Origin: Alphaproteobacteria bacterium | GTDB lineage: Bacteria > Pseudomonadota > Alphaproteobacteria > GCA-2731375 | Direction of reading: 5' to 3' | DNA: 64,000 nt | NCBI GenBank assembly: GCA_965225945.1 | Contig: CBDDBZ010000029.1 | Coordinates: forward strand, 32,001 to 96,000 | In this document: positions 21,162 through 31,002 of the stretch, piece by piece | Position numbering within the stretch: the stretch's first letter is position 1 | How the letters are laid out: every line of letters begins with the position of its first letter | The notes under the pieces: model-generated | Database searches by the model: none | What the model was told of the DNA's origin: nothing | What the model saw: the letters and a program-made list of their open reading frames with translations, nothing else | Program-made: the position numbers and the translations under genes

Positions 21162-21260
21162 CCTCGCGCCGCATCGCCGTCGCGCTCATGAGCCCCCGCC
21201 GACATCGAAACGATTACTTCCGCGGATGCATTGGCAAAGCTTTCATTCGGCGGCCGGATG

Positions 21261-21678
21261 TTACTTTCGTCGATGGCTGACGATTCGCGAAATCACGTTC
21301 AATTTTTTTCGGAGTTGGTCCGCGGAGAACGGCTTTCTGATATACCCGGTCACGCCGTAGGTCTTGGCTTCCACAACCGCCTCCAGATCGGCGTTACCGG
21401 TGATCATGAGGAACGGCAGATCTGGACCGCAGGTCCGAATCTGTTTCAACAATTCCAAACCAGATAATCTCGGCATATTCCAGTCACACAGAATAACATC
21501 AACAGAATCATCTCCGTCGGCAAACCCCATGAAGTTTAGGGCTAGCATACCATTCTTGGCGGTAAAATTTGGGTCATGCCAAATCTTTCAGCATGTTCTT
21601 TATCAGGTTCATCGCCTCACGATTGTCCTCAACCAGCAAAATTCTTAAATCTTCAAGAGGTTCGTCGAGAAATTTCAT
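21261..21678 (-). pseudogene. CheY-like response regulator with homopolymer frameshifts
   Basis: MKFLDEPLEDLRILLVEDN from 21678 hits a stop near 21575; the remainder (ILCDWNMP, YIRKPF) follows after the break. Could be sequencing error. Confidence 0.75.
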
Positions 21679-22167
21679 CGTTCGGACACTCCCCGGGCTA
21701 GCCGTGTATCTTAACGCTAGTCCTATCGAGTTCCATTCGGATCGCGTGGGCAAGCTGACCCGGTTTTATCGGTTTTTGCAGGAAGGGTGTATTTTCCTGA
21801 ATTTCGATTTTTCCGGCACCGCGCTTCGGATAGCCCGACATGAAAACTGCCTTCATGTCCGAACGCCTTTCCTTAAGAATCTCGTAAAGCTCAAAGCCGC
21901 CCAGAGATGGCATCACCACGTCGCTTAGAAGAAGATCAACAGGTTTTTCCATTGCCTCATCGACCGTAAGGGCCTCAAATCCGTTATCAGCCACAACAAC
22001 CTTGTAACCCAGATCGTAGAGCCAATCATAAATCAACTCCAGCAGCCGATTGTCGTCCTCAACCAAAAGGATCGTTTCGCCATTACCTCTATGCTCTATC
22101 TGCTCTTGGATTGATTTGAGGGTGGGTGATCGTTTGGCAACCGGCAAGTAGATATAAACGGTCGTTC

Positions 22168-22922
22168 CTTGCCTATCCGGTTATCACCCACACCCACTAT
22201 ATGTAGTGTGTCTCCTTGGACTGCAGGCAAGGGCCGGCGCAGGCGCATTGAGGAGGCGATCCGGCTAATTCTTGATTGTTCTGAAAACCGAACCGGAGTT
22301 TAATTCACGTCACGTACTTAACATCGGGGGACGGAACGGTGGCGACCAAGGGAAAAACGAAGAAACCCACGGCCAGACGGGAAGCTGCTGATGAAACGAC
22401 ATCGTCTGAGCGATTGACGGCACTAGTCGAAGAAAGCGACGCGCTGGCACGAATCGTTGCGAAGAACCCGTCCGCGCCTGTTAGTCTCCTGCGCGTTTTG
22501 AGTCGCAGCGAAGACGAAGCGACACGCAAGAACGTGATCCTCAATCCGTTTACTTCATATGACGTATTGAGCGAACTTGAAAACCAGCTCACAGAGCTAT
22601 TTGTGAATAATCCGGCACTCGAATCCTACAATTCAATGAAGCTCTGATTTCCTGGAATATTCCATCGGTGTCGTTCACCTCCGATTTCAGATAAATTTCA
22701 ATGAAGTGACGGTCCTTTATGCAACGTGGCGTTTTGCCAAATCCGACTCAATGATTAGGATTTCCACCACGCTAAAGTGTCGCCTAAAAGGCGCTACAAT
22801 GCCGTCCGAGTCCCTGCTCGGCATCGCCGGAGATATCTCCGCTTCGACCTGCACCGAGCTTTACTCAGGAAAATGGGTGCACACTACATATAGTGGGTGT
22901 GGGTGATAACCGGATAGGCAAG
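22168..22922 (+). mobile_element. Non-autonomous TIR cassette (MIC/MITE-like), copy 1, 755 bp
   Basis: Perfect 43-bp TIRs (22168-22210, 22880-22922); 8-bp DR GGTCGTTC (22160-22167, 22923-22930); no transposase. Confidence 0.93.
22339..22647 (+). CDS. Cargo ORF, LRV/HEAT-like repeat protein (102 aa)
   Basis: GTG start after GGGGGA; repeats VAKNPSAP...LS...R.NV..NP.T...NNPAL resemble leucine-rich-repeat-variant/HEAT units. Confidence 0.6.
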   Translation: MATKGKTKKPTARREAADETTSSERLTALVEESDALARIVAKNPSAPVSLLRVLSRSEDEATRKNVILNPFTSYDVLSELENQLTELFVNNPALESYNSMKL

Positions 22923-25894
22923 GGTCGTTCCTTTGCTAACGGAACTGATGACCTCGAGTTTTCCCCCTGACTGTCGCGCAAAACCGTAGGCCATCGATAA
23001 TCCGAGTCCGGTTCCTTGCCCCTGTTCCTTGGTGGTAAAGAACGGCTCGAAGATATGCTCCATCGTGTTTTCGTCGATCCCGCAGCCCTTATCGGTTACG
23101 GAAATTTCTACAAAACTTTCCTCGGGCGTATTTTCGTCAGACTCGATGAATTCCGCATCCCCACCGATGACCCGGACACCGATCGTGATCTTTCCACCCT
23201 CTGGCATGGCATCACGTGCGTTGATGGCAAGATTGAGGATGGCTTGACTCAACTCTCCCGGGTCAGTGTGTACACACACTTTCTTGTCCGAGATCTCGAA
23301 TTCCAACTCATGCTGTTCCCCGACGGATTGCTCTAGAAGCCGCTTGAGCTCACTCACCGATTCGGCAACCGGAAACACCTGTTTGTCCATGATCTGTCGG
23401 CGGCTGAAGCCGAGCAGTTGCTTAGTGAGGTTTGCCGCCTTTTCCGTCGCGGCCAGGACTTCCTCCAGGGACCTTCCCGCTATCTCCACATCACCGATGT
23501 TGCTCAGCGTGCGCCGTGCGTAACCGTCTATAATCATGAGAAGGTTATTGAAATCGTGGGCAATGCCGCCGGTCAACTGACCGATCGCTTCCATCTTCTG
23601 CGATTGAGTCAACTGCTGCTCAACGCGCTTGCGCTCGGTGATGTCGTACATCATGACCATGAAGGTCGTTTGCCCCCCGGACTCGAGCTTGGAAATCACC
23701 GCTTCCGCCGGAAACTCGGTTCCATCCTTTCGCAGACCAAGAATCTCCTTCCCCAAGCCCATCACATGCTGGCCCCGGGACATTGTTTTGAATTCTTCCA
23801 GGTGCTTGTGATGAATATCCCTGAATCTAGTAGGAATAAGCCTATCGAGAGTTTGTCCGATCATCTCCTGGGCGGAGTGACCGAATATGGCTTCGGCCCC
23901 CTTGTTGAACAACTCGATGCGGCCATTTCCATCGACGGTAATGACGCCCTCCGGCGCGATATCGAGGATCTCCGCAAGCCGCTCCTCCGAAGCCAGAAGC
24001 GCATCCTCCGCCCGCTTGCGTTCCGTGATGTCGCGTTCGGTGGTGGCGAGGCCGACGGGCTTGCCGTGCTCGCCGACGAGGAGGGTGACCGTCAGCGATA
24101 CTTCGAGGAGCCGTCCGTCCTTGGCGCGGCGCTGCGTCCTGAAGACCGAGACATCTTCGCCTCGTGTGTTCGCCAGGGCGATCTCCTCGGCCTCCGCCCG
24201 CTTGTCCTCGGGCATGAGGTCCCTGGCGTTCATCTTCAGCGCCTCGGCCTCGCTGTAGCCATACATCGCCTCGGCGCCGCGGTTCCAGGCGATGATTTGG
24301 CCGCTGAAATCCTGCATTGTGATGGCGTCGTGGGAGTCCCTGACCACGGCCGCCATGCGGCGCTGTTCGGTCTCGATGCGCTTGCGCTCGGTAACTTCCT
24401 TTTCGAGCTCGGCATTGGTCTTGCGAAGCTCGGCGGTGCGTTCGCGGACGCGGCGCTCCAGGGAGTCGCGTGCCTCGCGAAGCGCCTCCTCGGCGCGGGC
24501 GCGCGCGGCAAGCTCGCTCGTCAGGTCCCGGGTGCGTTCCGCCACCCTTCCCTCGAGCTGTTCGCGCGCATCCTCGATCCTTCGCAGGGCGCGCGCCAGG
24601 TTCTCCACCATGGCATTGAAGGCCCGGGCCAGGTGGCCGAACTCGTCCCTGCTCGCGGCCTCGATCCTGTGAGCCAGATCGCCGCCCCCGACGATCTCCG
24701 CCCCGCTGACCAAGGCGCGAATAGGCCCGATGATCGCCCGGGATATGACCCACGCCGCCGCGATTGCCACGCATAGGCCCATCAGACCCAGGAGAATGAG
24801 GTAGAGTGCCGCCAAATCGGTCGAGGTTTTCGCGTCCGCCGCCGCCGCCACCGTCTCGGCATGGATCAAGGGCTGGATCTGGTTGTCCAAAATGGCGTCA
24901 ATCTTCGCGAGGTGCTGTTCGAATTCCTCGAGGCGCGTGTTCAACCCGTCGGTGACCGTCATGATCCGTTCGCCGGCCATCACGGCCTCCGCGAAGTTCC
25001 GGTCGATCTGGTCGAGCCAGCCTTTTTCCTTGGTGGAGAGGCTGGTCTCCCGATAGATCGTCTCGTAGCGTTCGAAGTCCGCCTCCGCGTCCTCGAGCTC
25101 GAGGCGAAGGGTGGGATCCGGCCGGGCGGCATAGCCCTCGATGGCGGCGAAGGCTTTGAAAATATTGATTTCCATGTCGAGCGTGCTATGCAGCTTCATC
25201 ATCCCCTCGTGGGCTGTCGTATCGAGGGCCTTCTGAAGCTTTCCGTCGATCAGCTCGTCGATCTCCAGGACATCGCGCCGGAAGGTCTCCAGGGCGTTGC
25301 GCCGCAGGTCCGAGAGCCCGACGATCTCATCGCCCAGCGCCTTGAACACCCCATGGAGCCCGGCCACCTCTCGGCCGAGCCGGCGCTCGTCGTCGGTCTC
25401 CGCCAGGCGCTCGAAGTCCCGGGAGAAGCGCTCGAAGTCGGCCTCCGAATCGCGCCGCGCCTCGATGTGTTCGGGGGCCAATTCCCGGACGTAATCGAGC
25501 ACCGCCCGGGCGCCCTCCCCGGCGTTGATCTCCATTTCCAGGGCGGCCCGCTCGAGCGGCTCCTCGACCGCCACGAACCGGCGCAGGTCGCGATCGATCT
25601 GTTGGATGGAGCGGTAGGAGACCAGGCCGCTCACGGCCAGAACCAGGACCAGCAGCCCGAACGCCAGCCACAGCTTTCCGGCCACCCCCCAAATCCCCGG
25701 CGCTTTAAGCCCGGGGAAGCCCTTCCCGACAACCATGCCTATTCATTCCCTTCCGCAACGCCGGATGGACTGCTCGTATCGCTTGACGCTCTTGCGATTG
25801 AAAAGTATCTCATCTATTCAGTTGTAGTTAATGAAATAATCACGTTAAAAATTGCTTAAGATCTCCACAGGTCAACTATTCAGGGTTAAAGCGG

Positions 25895-26401
25895 ATCGCC
25901 GGGATCGCGTTGGAGGAGGTTGGCGGTTTCACGGTCGAAATCTGCGATGGCGGGGCCGCGGCGCTCGATGCCGCGCCCGGTTTCGGGCCGGACCTGGTCG
26001 TGCTCGACGTCATGATGCCCGGCATGGACGGGCCGAGCACGCTCGAGGCGTTGCGCTCGATGCCTGGACTCGGGTCGACCCCGATCGTATTCATGACCGC
26101 TAAGACCATGCGGACGGAGGTTGAATTGTACAAGAAGCCGGGCGCCTTGGAGGTGATCCCCAAGCCGTTCGATCCGATGATGCTGTCGGACGTAGTCTTG
26201 CCTGGGGGCGTGAACGGACTAAAAATCGCGGCCGAGGCGCGCCGAAGCAAGCCTGACCTGAAGCTTGTCTACCTGTCCGGCTACCTCGGTGACGCGCTCG
26301 AGCGACACGGCGGCACCGATGCCGACGCGGTGCTGATCCAGAAGCCATTCGATGATGAGATACTGGGCCAGCGCCTGCGAGAGCTTCTCGATCGCGATTG
26401 A
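25895..26401 (+). pseudogene. Chimeric response-regulator remnant (5'-truncated REC fused to the C-terminal half of a second REC)
   Basis: VLDVMMPGMDG...IPKPFDPM runs directly into LSDVVLPGGVNG...IQKPF; the first beta strand and acidic pocket are missing. Confidence 0.7.
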
Positions 26402-26578
26402 ACGCGGCACTTCTGCCGCCGGGGCGTGGGTCCTCGATTTTCTCGGCCCGGAGCTGCGACCATTCCCGCAAGCCGGACACGATTGCCGAAATGGGGTGTC
26501 CACTTCAGTCTCTGAGTCGGACCCGATTTCCTTGGACACAGAATTGGTTTAATCGAAGTGTCCAAGGAGGACCGGAAC

Positions 26579-26989
26579 ATGACCGACAATTTTGAGAACA
26601 AAGTTGCTGTTGATGGGCCTGTGGTAAACGAGGGCGAGCTTGGCTCGTCCACGTTTTCCCCGGGCCAGGTTTCGCCGGCAGGCCCGCTGGGACTTGGCCA
26701 GCGGTGGACGGTGACGCGCAAGCGTGAGGTTGCCCTGCGGCTTTTGCGTGGCGAGCCGGTGGAACTTTTGTCGCGGCAGTTGGGCGTGGAGATTTTCCGG
26801 CTCGAGCAGTGGCGTGAGAAGGCGATCGCCGGGATCGATGCCTCGCTCAAGGAACGCAAGGGCGATCCGGTAAAGGCGGAACTGGACATCGCCATGAAGC
26901 GGATCGGGGAGTTGATCATGCAGGTGGAACTGCTGGAGGCCAAGACGGAGACGTCCGGCCCTTTGGGGCGGCGGAGGTCGCGGCGATGA
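26579..26989 (+). CDS. IS OrfA (HTH)
   Basis: RWTVTRKREVALRLLRGE, HTH-like; stop overlaps the OrfB start (ATGA). Confidence 0.8.
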   Translation: MTDNFENKVAVDGPVVNEGELGSSTFSPGQVSPAGPLGLGQRWTVTRKREVALRLLRGEPVELLSRQLGVEIFRLEQWREKAIAGIDASLKERKGDPVKAELDIAMKRIGELIMQVELLEAKTETSGPLGRRRSRR

Positions 26990-27897
26990 GTGCCGCCACC
27001 TCTCCCGGCACGGGTTTGGCCTACGGCCTCCAGCGGGTCTGTGCGGCCTGGGGTTTTGCCCGTTCCTCGTTCTACGCCATGAAATCCCGGCAGCAGGCCA
27101 CCGCTGAGCGCCCACCAGCAAAGCGCCGGGGACCGAAGCCCTCGATCTCGGACGAGGCTCTGCTGGTGGCCATCGAGGCCGACCTGGAGGCATCCCCCTG
27201 GGAGGGCGAGGGACACCGCAAGGTCTGGGCTCGGCTTCGGGTCTGTCGTGGCATCCGTGTTTCCCGCAAGCGGGTGCTCCGGGTGATGCGCGAGAACAAC
27301 CTGCTCTCGCCCCATCGCTGCCGCCGCCGTGGCGGAAATCCCCATGTCGGTGAGATCATCACCCATGCCCCCAACCTCATGTGGGGCACGGACGGCGTTC
27401 GGGTGTTCACGGTGGACGACGGCTGGGGCTGGATATTCACCGCCATCGAGCATTGGAACGCCGAGTGCGTCGGCTGGCATGTGTGCAAGCGAGGCGACCG
27501 CTTCGCCGCCCTTCAGCCGATCTCCATGGGGCTTGCGAGGCTGTATGCCTCGACCTCCGCCGGTGCGGCGCGGGGGCTGGCCTTGCGGATGGATCACGGC
27601 TCCCAGTATCTGTCGGACCACTTCACCAACCAGATCAAGTTCTGGGGCATCCAGCCGTCCTACGCCTTCGTCGAACAGCCCCAGACCAACGGCGTCGCCG
27701 AGAGGTTCAATCGCACGCTCAAGGAACAGATCATCCATGGCCGCATCTACCGCAACATCGCGGAGCTGCGGAACGCCGTCCGCGGGTTCGTCGAACAGTA
27801 CAATGCCCAGTGGATCGTGGAGAAGAACGGCTACCTGAGCCCCGCTCAAGCTCGTCAGGCGTGGCACACCGCGATGTCACTCAGGCCCGCCGCATGA
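26986..27897 (+). CDS. IS OrfB, integrase-core DDE transposase
   Basis: GHRKVWARL, WGTDG, RMDHGSQY, TNGVAERFNRTLKE. Confidence 0.92.
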   Translation: MSAATSPGTGLAYGLQRVCAAWGFARSSFYAMKSRQQATAERPPAKRRGPKPSISDEALLVAIEADLEASPWEGEGHRKVWARLRVCRGIRVSRKRVLRVMRENNLLSPHRCRRRGGNPHVGEIITHAPNLMWGTDGVRVFTVDDGWGWIFTAIEHWNAECVGWHVCKRGDRFAALQPISMGLARLYASTSAGAARGLALRMDHGSQYLSDHFTNQIKFWGIQPSYAFVEQPQTNGVAERFNRTLKEQIIHGRIYRNIAELRNAVRGFVEQYNAQWIVEKNGYLSPAQARQAWHTAMSLRPAA

Positions 27898-28038
27898 GAC
27901 AAACTTGTGTCCAAGGAACCGGGTGCGATACATCCACTTCAGTCTCGTCGTTCTGCAAACTAATTATTTTCAATGATTTACGCTATAACCGAGGTAACCG
28001 GGGCAAAAGCCCAGGCAGTGCGGGAAAAACACCAGAAA

Positions 28039-31002
28039 ATGGCGAAGTTCGTAGGTCAGCCACTGGAACGGGTTGAGGACGTGGCGTTGCTGACCGGGCG
28101 CGGCCGGTTCGTGGACGATCTAGCGGTCCGGGCCGACACGCTGTCCGCCGCGATTGTGCGCTCGACCCATGCCCACGCGGAGATCCGCGACATCGATACG
28201 GCGGCCGCACGCGCCCGGCCTGGCGTTGTCGCTGTCTTGACCGGCGAGGATATCTGCGAGCTGTCGGATCCCTTTCTGGTCGTCGTCAAACAACCCATGG
28301 ACCAGTGGTCGCTGGCGGTGGGCCGGGTTCGCTACGTCGGCGAGCCCGTGGCGCTGGTCGTTGCCCGGGACCGCTACCTCGCGGAGGACGCCGCCGATCT
28401 CGTCAAAGTGTCCTACCAGCCCTTGCAGCCCGTCATCGACCCGAAAATGGCGGCTCGCGACGACGCGCCGCTGCTGTTTGAACAGATCGGCAGCAACGTC
28501 GTATCGACGCGGCGGTTTTCATACGGCGATCCCGACAGGGCCTTTGGCGATGCCGACAAGGTGGTGGGGCTTACGGTCGAGTATCCGCGCAATTCCTTGA
28601 CTCCCATCGAATGCTTCGCGGTGGTGGCCGAGTACCACCCGGGCGAAGGCATCTTCGACGTCATGTCGAACTTTCAGGGGCCCTATACGACCCACCCGGT
28701 CATGGCGCGCGCCTTGCGCGTGACCGGGACCGGCCTACGTCTGCGCACGCCGCCGAATTCGGGCGGTAGCTTCGGCACCAAGCAGAGCGTGTTTCCCTAT
28801 ATCGTGCTGATGGCGCTCGCCGCCCGCAAGCTCGGCCGGCCGGTAAAATGGATCGAGGACCGCCTGGAACACCTGACGGCGGGAAATTCAAGCCCGAACC
28901 GGGTGACCACCATCTCCGCCGCCCTCGAGGCGGACGGCAAGGTCGTTGGCCTGCGCCTCGACCATCTCGACGACTACGGAGCCTATCTTCGCGCACCCAT
29001 GCCGGCACCGATCTACCGGATGCATGGCGCCTCGAGCGGCGCTTACGACATCCCCAATCTCGCCATCGACGTCCGGGTGTTGGTGAGCAATAAGACACCG
29101 GCGGGCTTGGTCAGGGGGTTCGGCGGGCCACAGCTCTACTATGCCCTCGAGCGGCTGATGCAGCGCATCGCGGTCGAACTTCAACTCGACCCGTTGGAGG
29201 TGATCCGGCGCAATCTGGTTGCGGCCGACAAGTTTCCCTACCGCGCGGCCGCGGGTGCGCTGTTCGATTCCGGGGACTATGCCGGCGCCATCGCAATCGC
29301 CGTCGAGAAAGGCGGCTTGGCGGAGCTCGAGCAGCGCCGCGAGCGGGCCCGCGCGGAGGGCCGGCTCTACGGTATCGGCTATGCCGCGGTGGTCGAACCC
29401 GGCATGTCCAACCTCGGCTATCTCAGCACCATTCTGAGCGCGGAGGAACGCTATGAGGCCGGCCCGAAGAACGGGGCGGTATCGATGGCGACGGTCAACG
29501 TCGATCCGCTGGGGGCGGTGTCGGTGACCGCCGACACGACTCCGCAAGGGCAAGGCCATGCCACCGTGTTGTCGCAGATCGTCGCCGACGAGCTCGGCCT
29601 GGAGCCGGGCGACATCACGGCGGCGCTCGACCTCGACACCCACAAGGACCCCTGGTCGATCGCCGCCGGGAGCTATTCTTGCCGCTTCGCGCCGGGCACC
29701 GCCAACGCGGCCAAGATCGCGGCCGCCAAGATCCGGGACAAGCTGGCCCAGATCGCGGCGCCGCTACTGAACGTGCCCGCCGAGGCAATCGAATTTGGCG
29801 GTGGCAAGATCTTCGCCGCCGACAACCCGGACAATGCGCTGAAATTCACTCGCGTCGCCGCCGCGACGCATTGGGCGCCGGCGACGCTGCCCGACGGCCT
29901 GGAGCACGCCCTGCGCGAGACCGGGGTATGGTCGCCGCCCCAGATCGAGGCCACGAATGAGCGAGACCAGACCAACCCCTCGCTCACCTACGGCTTCGTG
30001 TTCGACTATTGCGGCATCGAGATCGATCCTGATACCGCCCAGATTCGGATCGACCATTATGTGACCATGCATGATTGCGGCAGGCTGCTCAATCCACTGA
30101 TCGCCGAAGGTCAGATATTGGGCGCGTTCGCACAGGGTCTCGGCGCCGCGCTCTACGAGGAATTCATCTATGGCGAGGATGGCAGCTTCCTGTCGGGCAC
30201 GTTCTCCGACTATCTCGTGCCCTCGGCGGCAGAGGTCGTGGAGCCGCTGATTCTGCACCTGGAAACCCCCTCGCCGTTCACGCCGCTGGGCGCCAAGGGC
30301 CTGGCGGAAGGCAATTGCATGTCCACCCCGGTCTGCCTGGCCAACGCGGTCTGCGACGCGCTCGATATCGAGAATGTCACCCTGCCGCTGACGCCGGCCA
30401 AGGTTTCCGCATTGATCCACGGCGAGGAACCAGCGCCGCCGGCCGGGGCCGCCGGAGCCGTGCTGGCCGTGGCCGCGGCCCAATCCGAATTGGCGCCAGC
30501 GCTCTCCGGCGCGGGCGAGGTCGTGATCCCGGCGCCACCCGAAACCGTCTGGCGGGCCCTGCTCGACCCGGATGCCTTGGCGGCGACCATTCCCGGCTGC
30601 CATCGCCTCGAGCGGGTCGGCGAGAATGCTTACCAGGCCACCGTGTCACTCGGCGTCGGGCCGGTGCGCGGCCGCTTCGAGGCCCGGATCCAATTGTCGG
30701 AGCTCGAGGCTCCCCGCGCGGCGACGCTATCCGGTGGGCTGGACGGCCCGTTGGGATCGTCGGCCGGATCCGGACGGGTCCGCCTCGAAGCCGTGCCGGG
30801 GGGAACCAAGGTCGGCTACGCCTATGAGGTTGCGATCAGCGGCAAGGTCGCGGCCGTGGGCGGGCGCATGCTGGAGGGCGCCTCGCGTATTTTGGTGAAG
30901 CAGTTCTTCGAGCGCCTGGCGGCCCAGATCGAGGGCGTGCCGCTTGCCACCGGGCCGCCCTGGTGGCGCCGGCTGCTCGGCTGGCTGGGGATCGGCCTGT
31001 GA
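28039..31002 (+). CDS. Xanthine dehydrogenase-family Mo subunit with C-terminal CoxG/SRPBCC domain (HmfA-like)
   Basis: VGQPLERVED, SGGSFGTK, RGFGGPQ, QGQGHAT, GAKGLAEG; C-terminal VWRALLDP...IPGC...GKVAAVGGR CoxG domain. Confidence 0.9.
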   Translation: MAKFVGQPLERVEDVALLTGRGRFVDDLAVRADTLSAAIVRSTHAHAEIRDIDTAAARARPGVVAVLTGEDICELSDPFLVVVKQPMDQWSLAVGRVRYVGEPVALVVARDRYLAEDAADLVKVSYQPLQPVIDPKMAARDDAPLLFEQIGSNVVSTRRFSYGDPDRAFGDADKVVGLTVEYPRNSLTPIECFAVVAEYHPGEGIFDVMSNFQGPYTTHPVMARALRVTGTGLRLRTPPNSGGSFGTKQSVFPYIVLMALAARKLGRPVKWIEDRLEHLTAGNSSPNRVTTISAALEADGKVVGLRLDHLDDYGAYLRAPMPAPIYRMHGASSGAYDIPNLAIDVRVLVSNKTPAGLVRGFGGPQLYYALERLMQRIAVELQLDPLEVIRRNLVAADKFPYRAAAGALFDSGDYAGAIAIAVEKGGLAELEQRRERARAEGRLYGIGYAAVVEPGMSNLGYLSTILSAEERYEAGPKNGAVSMATVNVDPLGAVSVTADTTPQGQGHATVLSQIVADELGLEPGDITAALDLDTHKDPWSIAAGSYSCRFAPGTANAAKIAAAKIRDKLAQIAAPLLNVPAEAIEFGGGKIFAADNPDNALKFTRVAAATHWAPATLPDGLEHALRETGVWSPPQIEATNERDQTNPSLTYGFVFDYCGIEIDPDTAQIRIDHYVTMHDCGRLLNPLIAEGQILGAFAQGLGAALYEEFIYGEDGSFLSGTFSDYLVPSAAEVVEPLILHLETPSPFTPLGAKGLAEGNCMSTPVCLANAVCDALDIENVTLPLTPAKVSALIHGEEPAPPAGAAGAVLAVAAAQSELAPALSGAGEVVIPAPPETVWRALLDPDALAATIPGCHRLERVGENAYQATVSLGVGPVRGRFEARIQLSELEAPRAATLSGGLDGPLGSSAGSGRVRLEAVPGGTKVGYAYEVAISGKVAAVGGRMLEGASRILVKQFFERLAAQIEGVPLATGPPWWRRLLGWLGIGL

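Larger units (their letters stand above)
21698..25736 (-). pseudogene. Hybrid sensor histidine kinase (TM-HAMP-PAS-PAS-HisKA-HATPase-REC) interrupted by the TIR cassette
   Basis: [27 protein letters not shown]. Removing 22168-22922 plus one DR restores VSKGTTVYIYLP, linking to the receiver domain (LLVEDD, LLSDVVMP, LQKP) ending at 21698. Confidence 0.92.
26513..27932 (+). mobile_element. IS3-like insertion sequence (1420 bp) with 14-bp direct repeat
   Basis: TG...CA ends with IR core TTCCTTGGACACA; DR TCCACTTCAGTCTC at 26499-26512 and 27933-27946. Confidence 0.9.

Noticed and set aside
22706-22906. 66-aa ORF in the cassette as a transposase remnant
   Set aside because: No DDE, HUH or zinc-finger motif is recognisable; it is kept only as unexplained sequence.
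26402-26512. Possible tRNA or att site beside the IS3-like element
   Set aside because: No cloverleaf, T-loop (GTTCRA) or CCA could be built, and no integrase is nearby.
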